Assembly (NCBI GenBank): GCA_038279365.1
Contig: JAYODI010000009.1
Span: forward strand, 1-27,917
Length of the DNA: 27,917 nucleotides
From: Candidatus Latescibacterota bacterium
Lineage (GTDB): Bacteria; Latescibacterota; UBA2968
Reading direction: 5' to 3'
Part shown: positions 16,110 through 26,209 of the stretch, piece by piece
Numbering within the stretch: the stretch's first letter is position 1
Layout of the letters: each line of letters begins with the position of its first letter
Position numbers and translations under genes: made by a program
Notes under the pieces: model-generated
The model's database searches: none
Told to the model about the DNA's origin: nothing
What the model saw: the letters and a program-made list of their open reading frames with translations, nothing else

Positions 16110-19100
16110 TCAAGTCTCTCCCTTTTGTGTATCGCATAAACGCTCTATCACTTCAAACAACATACTGGCTTTAATGGGTTTAGAAATATAGTCATCCATA
16201 CCCGCTTCAATGCAACGTTCGCGATCGCCCTCCATAGCATGGGCCGTCATCGCCACAATAGGTATATGTTTACCTGTTGACGCTTCGCGTTTTCGAATTT
16301 CTCGTGTTGCCTCCAAACCATCTACATCGGGCATTTGTACATCCATCAAAATCAGATCAAAAGAGTCTTTCAATAAATGATCCAATGCCTCTTGACCATT
16401 GTTGGCCAAGACTATGACATGCCCCTGTTTTTCAAGCAAACGAAAAGCCAATCGTTGATTGACCATATTGTCTTCTGCCAACAAAATGCGCAACTTGCCA
16501 CGGCTTTCACGCACGACATGCTGCGTAACCAAAGGAATCGCGTTTTCCTTGGCGTATGAAAGCGTCATTTGAATCGCATCAAATAGCTCTGAAGAGGTTA
16601 CGGGTTTAACCAAATATCCTGCAACACCCATATTTTTACATCGTGCAGCATCACCTCGTTGTCCCGCAGAGGTTAACAAAAGCAAACGCGATGCATCTAA
16701 CAACCCCTCTTCTAATATTTTTTCTACCAATCCAAACCCATCCATATTGGGCATGTGCACATCAGACAAAACCACATCACATTGCGGTTTTGTCTGTAAA
16801 TAAGCCAAAGCATCTTCAGCACCAGAAACCACATAGGGAATCATCTGCCAGCTTTTTACCATTTCTTCTAAAATATACCGATTGGTATCATTGTCATCGA
16901 CCACCAAAACCCGCAACCCCGCCAAAAGAGCACGATCTGTAGGTAATTTGTGTGGCGCTTTTTTTGACAAATCAAACCGGGCCGTAAAAGTAAAGGTGCT
17001 CCCTATGCCCAATTCACTCTCAACACCAATTTCGCCATCCATCATCTCACACAATTGTTTTGCAATAGAAAGTCCCAACCCCGTCCCCCCAAAGCGTCGC
17101 GTGGTGGACCCATCGGCTTGTTCAAAGGGTTTAAAAATCTGAGACAATTGTTTGGCGGTCATACCAATTCCCGTATCTGCCACGGTAAAACGAAGCGTTG
17201 CATCATCTGTGCGCATCTCTTCAATATCTGCGCGAACAACAACCTCTCCCTGATGGGTAAACTTTATTGCATTCCCTACCAAATTGGTCATAATTTGACG
17301 CAACCGTCCAGGGTCTCCCACAAGGGCATCAGGTACATCAGGCAAAACCTGGAAATTCAATTCCAAACCCTTATCGTGTGCCCGATAGGCCAATGTTTTT
17401 AACGCATGCCCTAAACTGTCGCGCAAATTAAAGTCGACCAGATCCAAATCGAGTTTGCGGGCTTCTATTTTTGAAAAATCCAAAATATCATTAATGATGT
17501 CCAATAACGATTCGGCAGATGCTTTCACAGTTTCCAGATAATCTCTTTGTTCGTTGTCCAAACGGGTATCCAGTGCCAAATCGGTCATGCCAATAATACC
17601 ATTCATGGGCGTGCGAATTTCGTGGCTCATGTTGGCCAAAAATTCACTTTTGGCACGGTTGGCATCTTCGGCTAATTCTTTGGCTTCCTGCAATTCCAAA
17701 TTGCGATCTTCAAGACTTTGTAGATCGCTCATGCGAGACATACCCACCGAAAAAGTTTCAGCAACTTGGCGCAATATCTCTATTTGAGTATCATCAAAAG
17801 CATTGATCATTTCACTGTGTGCCGAAATAACCCCTGAAGAAAAAGGCACATCGACAAAACTCAAAATAGGTATACCTCCAAAACGTTCCCGAAATTCGCT
17901 CAATCTTTCAGGTTCCCAATCTCCTATGTTATTTTCATATACAATTTCACCACTGCGCCAACACGCTGTGAGTTGGGAAGAACGACGCGCGCTTAAAGTA
18001 GAGACCGTGCCATTACCTCGAATGCGGTATGTTTCAACTTCATTCTTATGGGGTTGTACAACACGATGAATGGCCAAACTATGCACATTCAACCCCAATT
18101 CCTGTAATTGAGACAATGCAAAATGACCAACCCCCGCCAAATCGGAGGGTTTTCGCATATTCTGTACGGCACGACTAATCAACAACGACGTACCTTGTTG
18201 TTCAACCACTTTACTCAACTCGTCTTGTGATTGACGCAACCGATCTTCTGCTTGGCGGCGCTCAACAACCTCTGCCTCTAAACTTTCAATGTCCACAACT
18301 CTTGAAATACCAATACCAACCACTTCGGACATATATTCTAAAAAAATTATATTTTCATCAGAAAAAGCATTAGGCAACGTACTTCTCAGCGTAAGCAAAC
18401 CATGTCTGTTGGGAATATGTATCACACTTCGCACTTCAATACCCAAACCTGCATGAGGGGCATATCCATCTTGCAAACCTTTTCGATATTCAGGCAGTCG
18501 CAAATCTCTGCGATAGAGTATTTCTTGTAATTTCCATTCATTGTAAGCACCTGGGCGGTTATCAAGGCGCTTGCGATATTCCCCATTTGGCATCATTTGA
18601 TGGTGATCAAACATCTGACTTTCATGATCAACCACGCGTTGGAATGCCAGAGAAACAAAATCTAATTCAATACGCTTAAACTGATCATACATCACCCGAA
18701 CAACCTGCTCCAAATCAGTCGCGCGTTCAATATTTTGAACGGCTTGATTAACTTCTAAAGACGCCTTTAATTGTTGAACAAATTGCTCCAAATTGATCTG
18801 TGCTTTTTTGCGTTCGGTCACATCACGCACGATCATAAAAACTTCACGGGCTTCAAGGGGCACCAAACGGGCTTCAAACCATTGCTCGCCATTGGGTACT
18901 TGCAAAATATACTCTACCTGTTGCAGTTCATGAGTTGCCTGACATTGAGCAAGCGTATCGGCAAATAATTGCCCGCTTTCTAAGGGTAAAATATCTTGCA
19001 TATATTTGCCTAAAAACTGTTCGGGAGGCACATACAAATTTCCGGTATTACTTGCTTGATACTCTAAAATTTTACCTTCATGATCCAACAGAAATGACAA

Positions 19101-21878
19101 ATCTGGAAAAGCTTGAAAAATCGATTGCAATTCTGTGGCCGTACGTCGCAGTTGTGCTTCCGTGCGCAATCTTTCGGCCACTTCTGCTTCCAATTCCTTT
19201 GCACCTTCTATCAAGTTGACATTGGATATTTCCAGATCGCGCTTGGCCAAAACGAGGCGAGAAATTAAAAAACCAACCACGATTATGGTCAACAAAGATG
19301 GGAAAATAAAAATGGGTGTTTGCCAATATGGAGGCAATACGGTAAAAGTGAAGCTGGCAGGTGTGGGATCTATATTGAAGTCGTGATCTCTGGCACGCAC
19401 TTCTAACGTGTGTTTCCCTGGAGATAATGTAAAAAAGGGTTTCTTGACATCAGGTGTAAAATCAGACCAAGCTTCACCCGAAAACCGATAAGAAAACAAC
19501 AATTCATTTTCTGGTGTTGCTTTCCAGGCATCCAGACCATGCCAAGCCATGATGGTGTTTCCTGGTTGGGCAACTTCTTCTAATGCAAACTCAATCCAAG
19601 TCTCAGGAGGTTGTTGTTCTGGACGATAAAAAAACGTCACTCCTTTTGTATTGATCCATAGGGCACCACTGCGATCCAAAACCAATGAACCAGTCATCTC
19701 ACCGGGCAAGACATTGGCTGTCCATGATTGACCATCAAAACGTGCGATGCCACGGGGTGTTGAAAGCCATATATATCCCTGCGGGTCACCAACAATGGAT
19801 ATCACCCGATTATAGGGCAAACCATCTTGTATGGTATATTGCACCCACTTTTTATCTTGTAAATAAAATACCCCTTGTGTTCTTGTACCCACCCACAAAC
19901 CACCCACGCCATCGGCATATAAACTTTGAATCCAAGCCGTATTGAGTGCTTTGGGTTCGGTCACTTCTATCCACTTTGTGCCATCAAACCGACGCAAGCC
20001 CTCTTGCCCACTCCAACGTATTCCATCTGTTGTTTGTGCCACAGCATAAGGCGTATGCGGCATCCCATCGGTGGGGGTATAATGCGTAACGTTCAATTGG
20101 CCATCCACGTCGTTTAAAATGAGCATGCCGCCATATTGCCCTCGATTTCCATAAGGTAAATAAGCCCCAAACCAAACCGATCCATCAGGTGCAGCATAAG
20201 CCGAACGAAAGTGAAATGTTGCTGACAATTGAGGAAATGAAGAAATGACCCATTCATCATTTTCCAACCGAGCCAAAGCAGCAGCACCCTGGTGATTGCC
20301 CGCAACCCAAATTCGCCCCTCTTTACTTTCTAAAACCACATTGACGTTATCAATCAAACCATCTGTGGTGTCATATATTGTCCATTCATCTCCACGTTTT
20401 GTAACCAATTGGTCATCCTTATCAAACCAATAGGTACCATCTTGAGATTGCACATGAAAATCTAAGCTTTCAAAGGTTTGCCATCGCTTGGTGCCATACC
20501 CCAACAGCACGGCTTCTTGCCCCAAGCCCGCTATCCAAAGATCACCATTACGCGTTTCTAACAAACGCAACCGATGGGTTGGCAACGGAATCGCTACACG
20601 CTCTGGCACATAAATTATCTCCTGCCCATTGCGATAGGCCAACACATCAAACCCCCCACCCCAAATAACCCCATCACGAGTTTGTATCAATGATGTATAA
20701 AGTTGAGAGCCGTCTTGTTTTTGCGCCACCCAAACCTTGCCATCAAATTCCAAAACCCCACCTGCCCCATTGCTTACTTGCCAAATATGACCATCTTGCA
20801 TTTGCTCCAAACGGGGCCCATAACGCATAGGCAAGCCATCGGCATCATCAAACACACGCCACGTTTCTGTTTGAGGGATATAATGCACCACGCGCCCATC
20901 CCACATCCCCATCCACAAATGCCCGTCTCGATCTGCCAGAACGTCATATACCTGAAAACGAGCCCCTCGCCCCGATAACACGGCCCGATTGACCACCACA
21001 GACTGTGTATCTTGCCGCCCCAATGCCACATACTGAACAGCAACAGGCGTACCTGCTTGGCCCATAAAATCTTGGTGACGCACTTCTTTGCGATCTTCAA
21101 TGGCCACAATGCGATCGCCCGCTTTTAACCCCGCAACATCACCCGGACTTTGTGGCGCAACTTGAAGAACTGTAGCAGGTACATTGCCTCGAGAAATGCC
21201 CAGCCAGCCACCTTCAGCCAACACAACGCCAATACCTGCTGACAATGGGTCTGCCAATGGTGATATGTTGCTGGCATCCCACGCATAAGTATGTGCAATA
21301 TCATCTGGAATTTCTCGAATAATGATCTCTGGTGCGATTTGGGCCAAAATTTCGTGGTGAGACGAGAGGGTAAACAACTCATACTTTTCTTTGGAAATAC
21401 ACAGTGCCCCCCAAGGCGTTGCTGCCCAAATACCACCATCGGATGCCTGTTCCAAGTCATCAATGGGCCAAGGTAATTGAGGGTTTTGAGGGAAAACATG
21501 CGTCCACTTTTCACCGTCAAACTTGCTAATACCTCGATCTGAGCCTGCATAAATCTGCCCATCTCGTGCCACCATTAAAACATTCACAGGTGCATCTGTT
21601 AAACCATCTTGTGAGGTATATGTTTTCCAAGTCACACCATCATACGATTTTACACCATCCGTAAGCCCAAACCACATGACTTCGGTAGAATCTTCCGCCA
21701 TGCACCTTAAACCCAAACCATCCAATTCCTGAAATGTTCGAAAACGCCAAGCCTCGCTAAAGGGATCAACCATTTGTGGCACATAAGGCTTTGCTGCCCC
21801 AACAGAGCTTATGAGGCCAAATACCATCAGCAAAACTTTAGAAATTTTGTACGTCAGGTTCATAGTGGTCAATTTCAT
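16110..21878 (-). CDS. hybrid sensor histidine kinase: signal peptide, beta-propeller repeats with PDZ-like insert, Y_Y_Y-like domain, TM, PAS, two GAF-like domains, HisKA/HATPase, two REC domains
   Basis: DGL/G.LWxG propeller repeats; '[23 protein letters not shown]' followed by a [39 protein letters not shown]; receiver Asp in SDVHMP and MDVQMP. No Hpt domain. Confidence 0.95.
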   Translation of the reverse strand: MKLTTMNLTYKISKVLLMVFGLISSVGAAKPYVPQMVDPFSEAWRFRTFQELDGLGLRCMAEDSTEVMWFGLTDGVKSYDGVTWKTYTSQDGLTDAPVNVLMVARDGQIYAGSDRGISKFDGEKWTHVFPQNPQLPWPIDDLEQASDGGIWAATPWGALCISKEKYELFTLSSHHEILAQIAPEIIIREIPDDIAHTYAWDASNISPLADPLSAGIGVVLAEGGWLGISRGNVPATVLQVAPQSPGDVAGLKAGDRIVAIEDRKEVRHQDFMGQAGTPVAVQYVALGRQDTQSVVVNRAVLSGRGARFQVYDVLADRDGHLWMGMWDGRVVHYIPQTETWRVFDDADGLPMRYGPRLEQMQDGHIWQVSNGAGGVLEFDGKVWVAQKQDGSQLYTSLIQTRDGVIWGGGFDVLAYRNGQEIIYVPERVAIPLPTHRLRLLETRNGDLWIAGLGQEAVLLGYGTKRWQTFESLDFHVQSQDGTYWFDKDDQLVTKRGDEWTIYDTTDGLIDNVNVVLESKEGRIWVAGNHQGAAALARLENDEWVISSFPQLSATFHFRSAYAAPDGSVWFGAYLPYGNRGQYGGMLILNDVDGQLNVTHYTPTDGMPHTPYAVAQTTDGIRWSGQEGLRRFDGTKWIEVTEPKALNTAWIQSLYADGVGGLWVGTRTQGVFYLQDKKWVQYTIQDGLPYNRVISIVGDPQGYIWLSTPRGIARFDGQSWTANVLPGEMTGSLVLDRSGALWINTKGVTFFYRPEQQPPETWIEFALEEVAQPGNTIMAWHGLDAWKATPENELLFSYRFSGEAWSDFTPDVKKPFFTLSPGKHTLEVRARDHDFNIDPTPASFTFTVLPPYWQTPIFIFPSLLTIIVVGFLISRLVLAKRDLEISNVNLIEGAKELEAEVAERLRTEAQLRRTATELQSIFQAFPDLSFLLDHEGKILEYQASNTGNLYVPPEQFLGKYMQDILPLESGQLFADTLAQCQATHELQQVEYILQVPNGEQWFEARLVPLEAREVFMIVRDVTERKKAQINLEQFVQQLKASLEVNQAVQNIERATDLEQVVRVMYDQFKRIELDFVSLAFQRVVDHESQMFDHHQMMPNGEYRKRLDNRPGAYNEWKLQEILYRRDLRLPEYRKGLQDGYAPHAGLGIEVRSVIHIPNRHGLLTLRSTLPNAFSDENIIFLEYMSEVVGIGISRVVDIESLEAEVVERRQAEDRLRQSQDELSKVVEQQGTSLLISRAVQNMRKPSDLAGVGHFALSQLQELGLNVHSLAIHRVVQPHKNEVETYRIRGNGTVSTLSARRSSQLTACWRSGEIVYENNIGDWEPERLSEFRERFGGIPILSFVDVPFSSGVISAHSEMINAFDDTQIEILRQVAETFSVGMSRMSDLQSLEDRNLELQEAKELAEDANRAKSEFLANMSHEIRTPMNGIIGMTDLALDTRLDNEQRDYLETVKASAESLLDIINDILDFSKIEARKLDLDLVDFNLRDSLGHALKTLAYRAHDKGLELNFQVLPDVPDALVGDPGRLRQIMTNLVGNAIKFTHQGEVVVRADIEEMRTDDATLRFTVADTGIGMTAKQLSQIFKPFEQADGSTTRRFGGTGLGLSIAKQLCEMMDGEIGVESELGIGSTFTFTARFDLSKKAPHKLPTDRALLAGLRVLVVDDNDTNRYILEEMVKSWQMIPYVVSGAEDALAYLQTKPQCDVVLSDVHMPNMDGFGLVEKILEEGLLDASRLLLLTSAGQRGDAARCKNMGVAGYLVKPVTSSELFDAIQMTLSYAKENAIPLVTQHVVRESRGKLRILLAEDNMVNQRLAFRLLEKQGHVIVLANNGQEALDHLLKDSFDLILMDVQMPDVDGLEATREIRKREASTGKHIPIVAMTAHAMEGDRERCIEAGMDDYISKPIKASMLFEVIERLCDTQKGET

Positions 21879-22074
21879 CCAATAAAAGGCGTAAATATAA
21901 CAGCATCACCGAACCAATATCGCCATTTCGCGCCAAAAATGATGCTACAGGTCTACTTTCTTAAACAATAAGCAAATACCAAGCCCATAAATCCCCTACA
22001 CACAGACCAAACCCACCTTGAGCCTCATTTGTTGGTTGAGCATACGTGTGGTGGTGTAATAATTATGGTGGCCC

Positions 22075-23091
22075 CTATCCTTGACAATCCAACAACACCT
22101 TCATCACCGCGCCACCTGCCAACATCTGTTCGAAGCCTTTACCCGCATCGGCCAATGACAATGTATCGGTCACCAATGCTTTAACGTCAACAGCCCCAGA
22201 AGCTGCCAGTCGAATGGCACGCTCAAAATCGACTGGCTCATAAACACGACACCCAACCAATGACAACTCACGCCAAAAAAACTTGTGCAAATCCACCGCT
22301 GGTGGGCTTGCATGAACGCCCACCAAAGCAATTTTACCACGCACCCGCACCAAATCGGTCATCACCTGTGCACCGGCAGGATGCCCACTCACCTCAAAAA
22401 CCAAATCCACACCCGCACCCTGGGTCCAATCATTTACAAAAGCCACCAAATCGGTCTCTTTTGGATTGACCGTTTCAAAACCCAATGCTTTGGCCTTCTC
22501 TATCCGAAACGGATTCACCTCCGAAATCACCACCTCGGCACCATCTAATCGGGCAGCCATGGCCACCAACATCCCAATGGGGCCACCACCAATCACCACG
22601 GCCCGATCACCCAGCTCAACTTGTGCACGACGCACATCATGCACGGCCACGGCCAAAGGTTCAATAAGCGCACCGGCATCATCATCCAACGCATCAGGAA
22701 CCCGATGCAAACGATCTGCTGGCACAGCCCAATAAGCTTGAAAGGCTCCCGAAGAATCGATGCCCAAAAAATTCAAGTTTTGACAAATATGTCGATGTCC
22801 ACGCCGACAAGCGGCACACGTGCCACACCATACCGTCGGTTCCACCACCACCCGGTCACCAACCAGGATAGGTGTATTGGCCCGCACCTCAACCACCTCA
22901 CCACACATTTCGTGCCCCATCACCAAAGGAATCTGGACCCGCTTATCCATATGTCCTTGATAAATATGCAAATCGGTGCCACAAAGTCCTGCTCGCGCAA
23001 CTTTAATTAGAACTTGTTCGTCACCCAATGTTGGCTCATCTATTTCGCGTAATGCAACTTGTCCAGGCCCCAAATAAACCGATGCTTTCAT
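22075..23091 (-). CDS. zinc-dependent medium-chain dehydrogenase (sugar-acid 5-dehydrogenase-like)
   Basis: GLCGTDLH, GHE, structural-Zn CxxCxxC..C, GGGPIG. GGAGGTG SD. Confidence 0.92.
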   Translation of the reverse strand: MKASVYLGPGQVALREIDEPTLGDEQVLIKVARAGLCGTDLHIYQGHMDKRVQIPLVMGHEMCGEVVEVRANTPILVGDRVVVEPTVWCGTCAACRRGHRHICQNLNFLGIDSSGAFQAYWAVPADRLHRVPDALDDDAGALIEPLAVAVHDVRRAQVELGDRAVVIGGGPIGMLVAMAARLDGAEVVISEVNPFRIEKAKALGFETVNPKETDLVAFVNDWTQGAGVDLVFEVSGHPAGAQVMTDLVRVRGKIALVGVHASPPAVDLHKFFWRELSLVGCRVYEPVDFERAIRLAASGAVDVKALVTDTLSLADAGKGFEQMLAGGAVMKVLLDCQG

Positions 23092-23189
23092 CTCACACCT
23101 CCCAATCGAATAAATAACATTTAAACAAAAATGTGATCTAACAGGTAGAAAATAAACCTATATACCTTTTTAAATGATTTTTTTTGCCC

Positions 23190-23218
23190 TTGAAAATCAC
23201 CTTAGGTTGGTGTATACT
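23190..23218 (+). promoter_or_regulatory. sigma70-type promoter of the dinG operon
   Basis: TTGAAA (23190-23195) - N17 - TATACT (23213-23218), with an AT-rich upstream tract. Confidence 0.7.
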
Positions 23219-23231
23219 ACATGAACTTGTA

Positions 23232-23265
23232 AGAAGCCGACCAATGGGCAAATTGGTCGGCTTCT
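23232..23265 (+). other. perfect 14-bp hairpin in the predicted 5' leader
   Basis: AGAAGCCGACCAAT-gggcaa-ATTGGTCGGCTTCT, with no U tract on either side. Confidence 0.7.
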
Positions 23266-23344
23266 ACCTATTCTAATATATGAGTTGATACCATTCATGA
23301 TAGCCCACACGGAATCAGGCGTCAACTGAGAAAGCCACACGTCT

Positions 23345-26209
23345 ATGTCAGATATCTTAAACACATTTATCGCACTTGACCTTGAGACCACAGGTTTAAA
23401 ACCTGTCGAAGCCGAAATCATTGAAATTGGGGCCGTCAAAGTTGAAAATGGTGCGATCACCGAAACTTTTCAGACCTATGTCAAACCCAAAATGGGTGTG
23501 CCCGATGAAATCACCCAATTAACAGGCATCACTTTTAAAGATGTGCGCAAAGCTCCCAGCATCGACTCGGCCATTGCTGACCTCATCAAGTTTACGGGCA
23601 ACTTACCCATTATGGTACACCAAGGTCGATTTGAAATGCGTTTTTTATCTGAAGCAGCGGGGTTGCCATTTGGTAGCAGCATTCACAGTGTTCGCGATTT
23701 GGCCAAAACCGCATTGCCCTGTTTGTCTGATCACCGTGTAGACACCTTATCTGAGTTTTTCGAAGTCGACGCCGATGGCCCACATAAAGCCCTTCAAGAT
23801 GCCGAACAGGTGGCCCAAATATACCTCGGTGTCGTTGACATCTTGCGTGAAACACCTTTGCGCCTCAAACAACAAATGCTCCAACTGCTACAAGGAACCA
23901 GCTCCACCTTATTGCCCATTTTGGTACAATTGGGCAATGAGGCCATCAAACGCGAAATGATGTCGCGCATCTCAAACAATGGGGCCGAATTAGACCACCC
24001 CCTCTTTAATATTGGCGGTGAAGAACCCCGCACCGAATCAGACGACACATCCACACGCCCTATTGATGTAGAAGCCATTGGTGCGTTATTTGGTAAAACA
24101 GGTGTATTTGCCAGTAAAAAGGCCAATTATGAAGTCCGCCACGAACAAATCGACATGGCCAAAGCTGTTGCCACGGCATTCAACCACTCCCATCTGCTTG
24201 TGGCCGAAGCCGGCACGGGTGTGGGCAAATCGATGGCCTATCTGGCACCGGCCATTCAACATGCCGTGCAAAACAACCGACGCGTCATCGTATCAACCAA
24301 CACCAAAAACCTACAAGAACAGCTCTTCTTTAACGATCTGCCCCAATTAGATGCTTCTCTCAATTTGCCCTTTAGTTATGTGTTGCTCAAAGGACGCAGC
24401 AATTACATTTGTCTCAACCGCTGGAACGCTGCAATCACCAATGTAGACAGCATCTTTTCTGAAGACGAGCGAGAAGGCGCCCTGCCATTGGTCATTTGGG
24501 CCGAGCAAACCAAAACGGGTGATATCTCAGAAAACAATGGTTTTGACAGCAGCCGATATGCCGGTTTATGGGCCAAAATATGCTCCGACTCGGGTTATTG
24601 TCGCTCACAAAGATGCCGCACCAATGGGCGTTGCTTTGCCAACAGCATTCGCAGAGCCGCACAAAAATCTCATATTGTGGTGGTCAATCATTCATTGCTC
24701 TTTTCAGATATTGTCTCCGAAAATGCCGTCTTGGGCGAATATGAAGACCTGATTATTGACGAAGCACACAATATCGAAAGGGTAGCAGCCCAATATTTGG
24801 GCAAAGAGCTCAACATCTGGCGCATCAAAAACCTCACCGATCAATTGCGCAGCCCAGGGTTTAACAGCACGGGCACATTGCCGGCCTTGCGCCATTGGAT
24901 GGGTGTGGCCAATATCGACAACACCAAACTCACAGCCTTTGAAAGTGGCATTGCCCAAGGCATGGATGCTGCCGAGAACTTTTATCTTAAAGCCCAACTC
25001 TTTTTTGAAGAACTCACAGATATTCAGCGTCAAAAACAAAATGGCAAATACAATGCCTACACCGAAAAAGTGCGTTACAAACCACAAGAAGGCACCTTTG
25101 ATGATTTGGCAGAATCCCTCCAGCCCTTGGTACAAGCCGCAGCAACACTGGGTGGTTGCTTGCAAAACCTCTCAGATTCACTCAAAAACTTGCCCGATGA
25201 CAGCTTTCCCAACCAAGATGAATTGGCCAACGAACTCGAAGGCCGTATGCAAGAATGTTCAGATATTTTAGGTGACTTGGATTACCTCACCAACCCAGAA
25301 GATGAAAGTGCTGTTTATTGGCTGGAATTGCCTCACCGCGAAAACAGCAGTGACACCCGCCTCTTCTCTGCCCCACTCAATGTGGCAGAGGTCTTGCACG
25401 AATCTCTATATGACCACATGAATACCATCGTATTTGCATCGGCCACGTTGGGCATTCGTGGCAAACTCGTTTATTTTTTGCGCCGCATGGGCCTCGATAT
25501 ATTGCCAGAAGACCGCGTGCAAACCATTTGTCTTGGCTCGCCATTTGATTACGAAAATCAGGCCATGGTCTGTGCTCCACAGTTTATACCTTCGCCCAAA
25601 TCACCCGAGTTTCAAAAGGCAGTAGATGACCTCATCAAAGAACTTGCGCTAAAGGTCAAGCGCGGTACATTGGGGCTGTTTACTTCATACAGCATGCTCA
25701 ACCGAACTTATAACGCCATCAAACTTGATTTGCAAGGTGAAAATATCTTACTCTTAGGGCAAGGCATAGATGGCACACGGGCCAGCATTACAGACCGCTT
25801 CAAAACAGATCGCGGATCTGTTCTGTTGGGCACAGACAGCTTCTGGGAAGGCGTTGACATTCCTGGCGATGCCCTCGAAGTGCTTTGTATTGTGCGTTTG
25901 CCATTTGCCGTGCCATCAGAACCCTTGGTTGCCGCACACATGGAAGAACTTGAAAAACAGGGAAAAGATCCTTTTTTACACTATTCGGTTCCCGAAGCCA
26001 TTCTCAAATTCAGACAAGGTTTTGGGCGTCTGATTCGCAACAAAACAGATCGAGGCATTGTTATTGTGCTCGACAGTCGGGTCACTTCAACCCGCTATGG
26101 CAAGGCCTTTTTAGAAGCTCTGCCAGTGCCACATCAATCCTTTCGCACATCACAAGACATGATTCAAACCATTCAGACATGGTTTGGCAAAACAGAACTC
26201 GTCGCATGA
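23345..26209 (+). CDS. dinG: DinG-family helicase with N-terminal DEDDh (DnaQ-like) exonuclease domain
   Basis: ALDLETTG and HKALQDA; Q motif RHEQ; EAGTGVGKS; KGRSNYIC plus three further Cys (probable Fe-S ligands); IIDEAH; SATL; FWEGVDIPG; QGFGRLIR. Confidence 0.95.
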   Translation: MSDILNTFIALDLETTGLKPVEAEIIEIGAVKVENGAITETFQTYVKPKMGVPDEITQLTGITFKDVRKAPSIDSAIADLIKFTGNLPIMVHQGRFEMRFLSEAAGLPFGSSIHSVRDLAKTALPCLSDHRVDTLSEFFEVDADGPHKALQDAEQVAQIYLGVVDILRETPLRLKQQMLQLLQGTSSTLLPILVQLGNEAIKREMMSRISNNGAELDHPLFNIGGEEPRTESDDTSTRPIDVEAIGALFGKTGVFASKKANYEVRHEQIDMAKAVATAFNHSHLLVAEAGTGVGKSMAYLAPAIQHAVQNNRRVIVSTNTKNLQEQLFFNDLPQLDASLNLPFSYVLLKGRSNYICLNRWNAAITNVDSIFSEDEREGALPLVIWAEQTKTGDISENNGFDSSRYAGLWAKICSDSGYCRSQRCRTNGRCFANSIRRAAQKSHIVVVNHSLLFSDIVSENAVLGEYEDLIIDEAHNIERVAAQYLGKELNIWRIKNLTDQLRSPGFNSTGTLPALRHWMGVANIDNTKLTAFESGIAQGMDAAENFYLKAQLFFEELTDIQRQKQNGKYNAYTEKVRYKPQEGTFDDLAESLQPLVQAAATLGGCLQNLSDSLKNLPDDSFPNQDELANELEGRMQECSDILGDLDYLTNPEDESAVYWLELPHRENSSDTRLFSAPLNVAEVLHESLYDHMNTIVFASATLGIRGKLVYFLRRMGLDILPEDRVQTICLGSPFDYENQAMVCAPQFIPSPKSPEFQKAVDDLIKELALKVKRGTLGLFTSYSMLNRTYNAIKLDLQGENILLLGQGIDGTRASITDRFKTDRGSVLLGTDSFWEGVDIPGDALEVLCIVRLPFAVPSEPLVAAHMEELEKQGKDPFLHYSVPEAILKFRQGFGRLIRNKTDRGIVIVLDSRVTSTRYGKAFLEALPVPHQSFRTSQDMIQTIQTWFGKTELVA

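Noticed and set aside
21880-22074. Possible structured RNA upstream of the kinase gene
   Set aside because: Only short, weak complementarities were found, with no convincing stem or known riboswitch motif.
23129-23150. CRP site (AAATGTGATCTA matches the left half of the consensus)
   Set aside because: The right half TCACA is missing (reads ACAGGTAGAA).
23345-26209. CasDinG / type IV CRISPR system
   Set aside because: No repeat-spacer array or cas genes are visible, and the architecture is the chromosomal exonuclease-DinG type.
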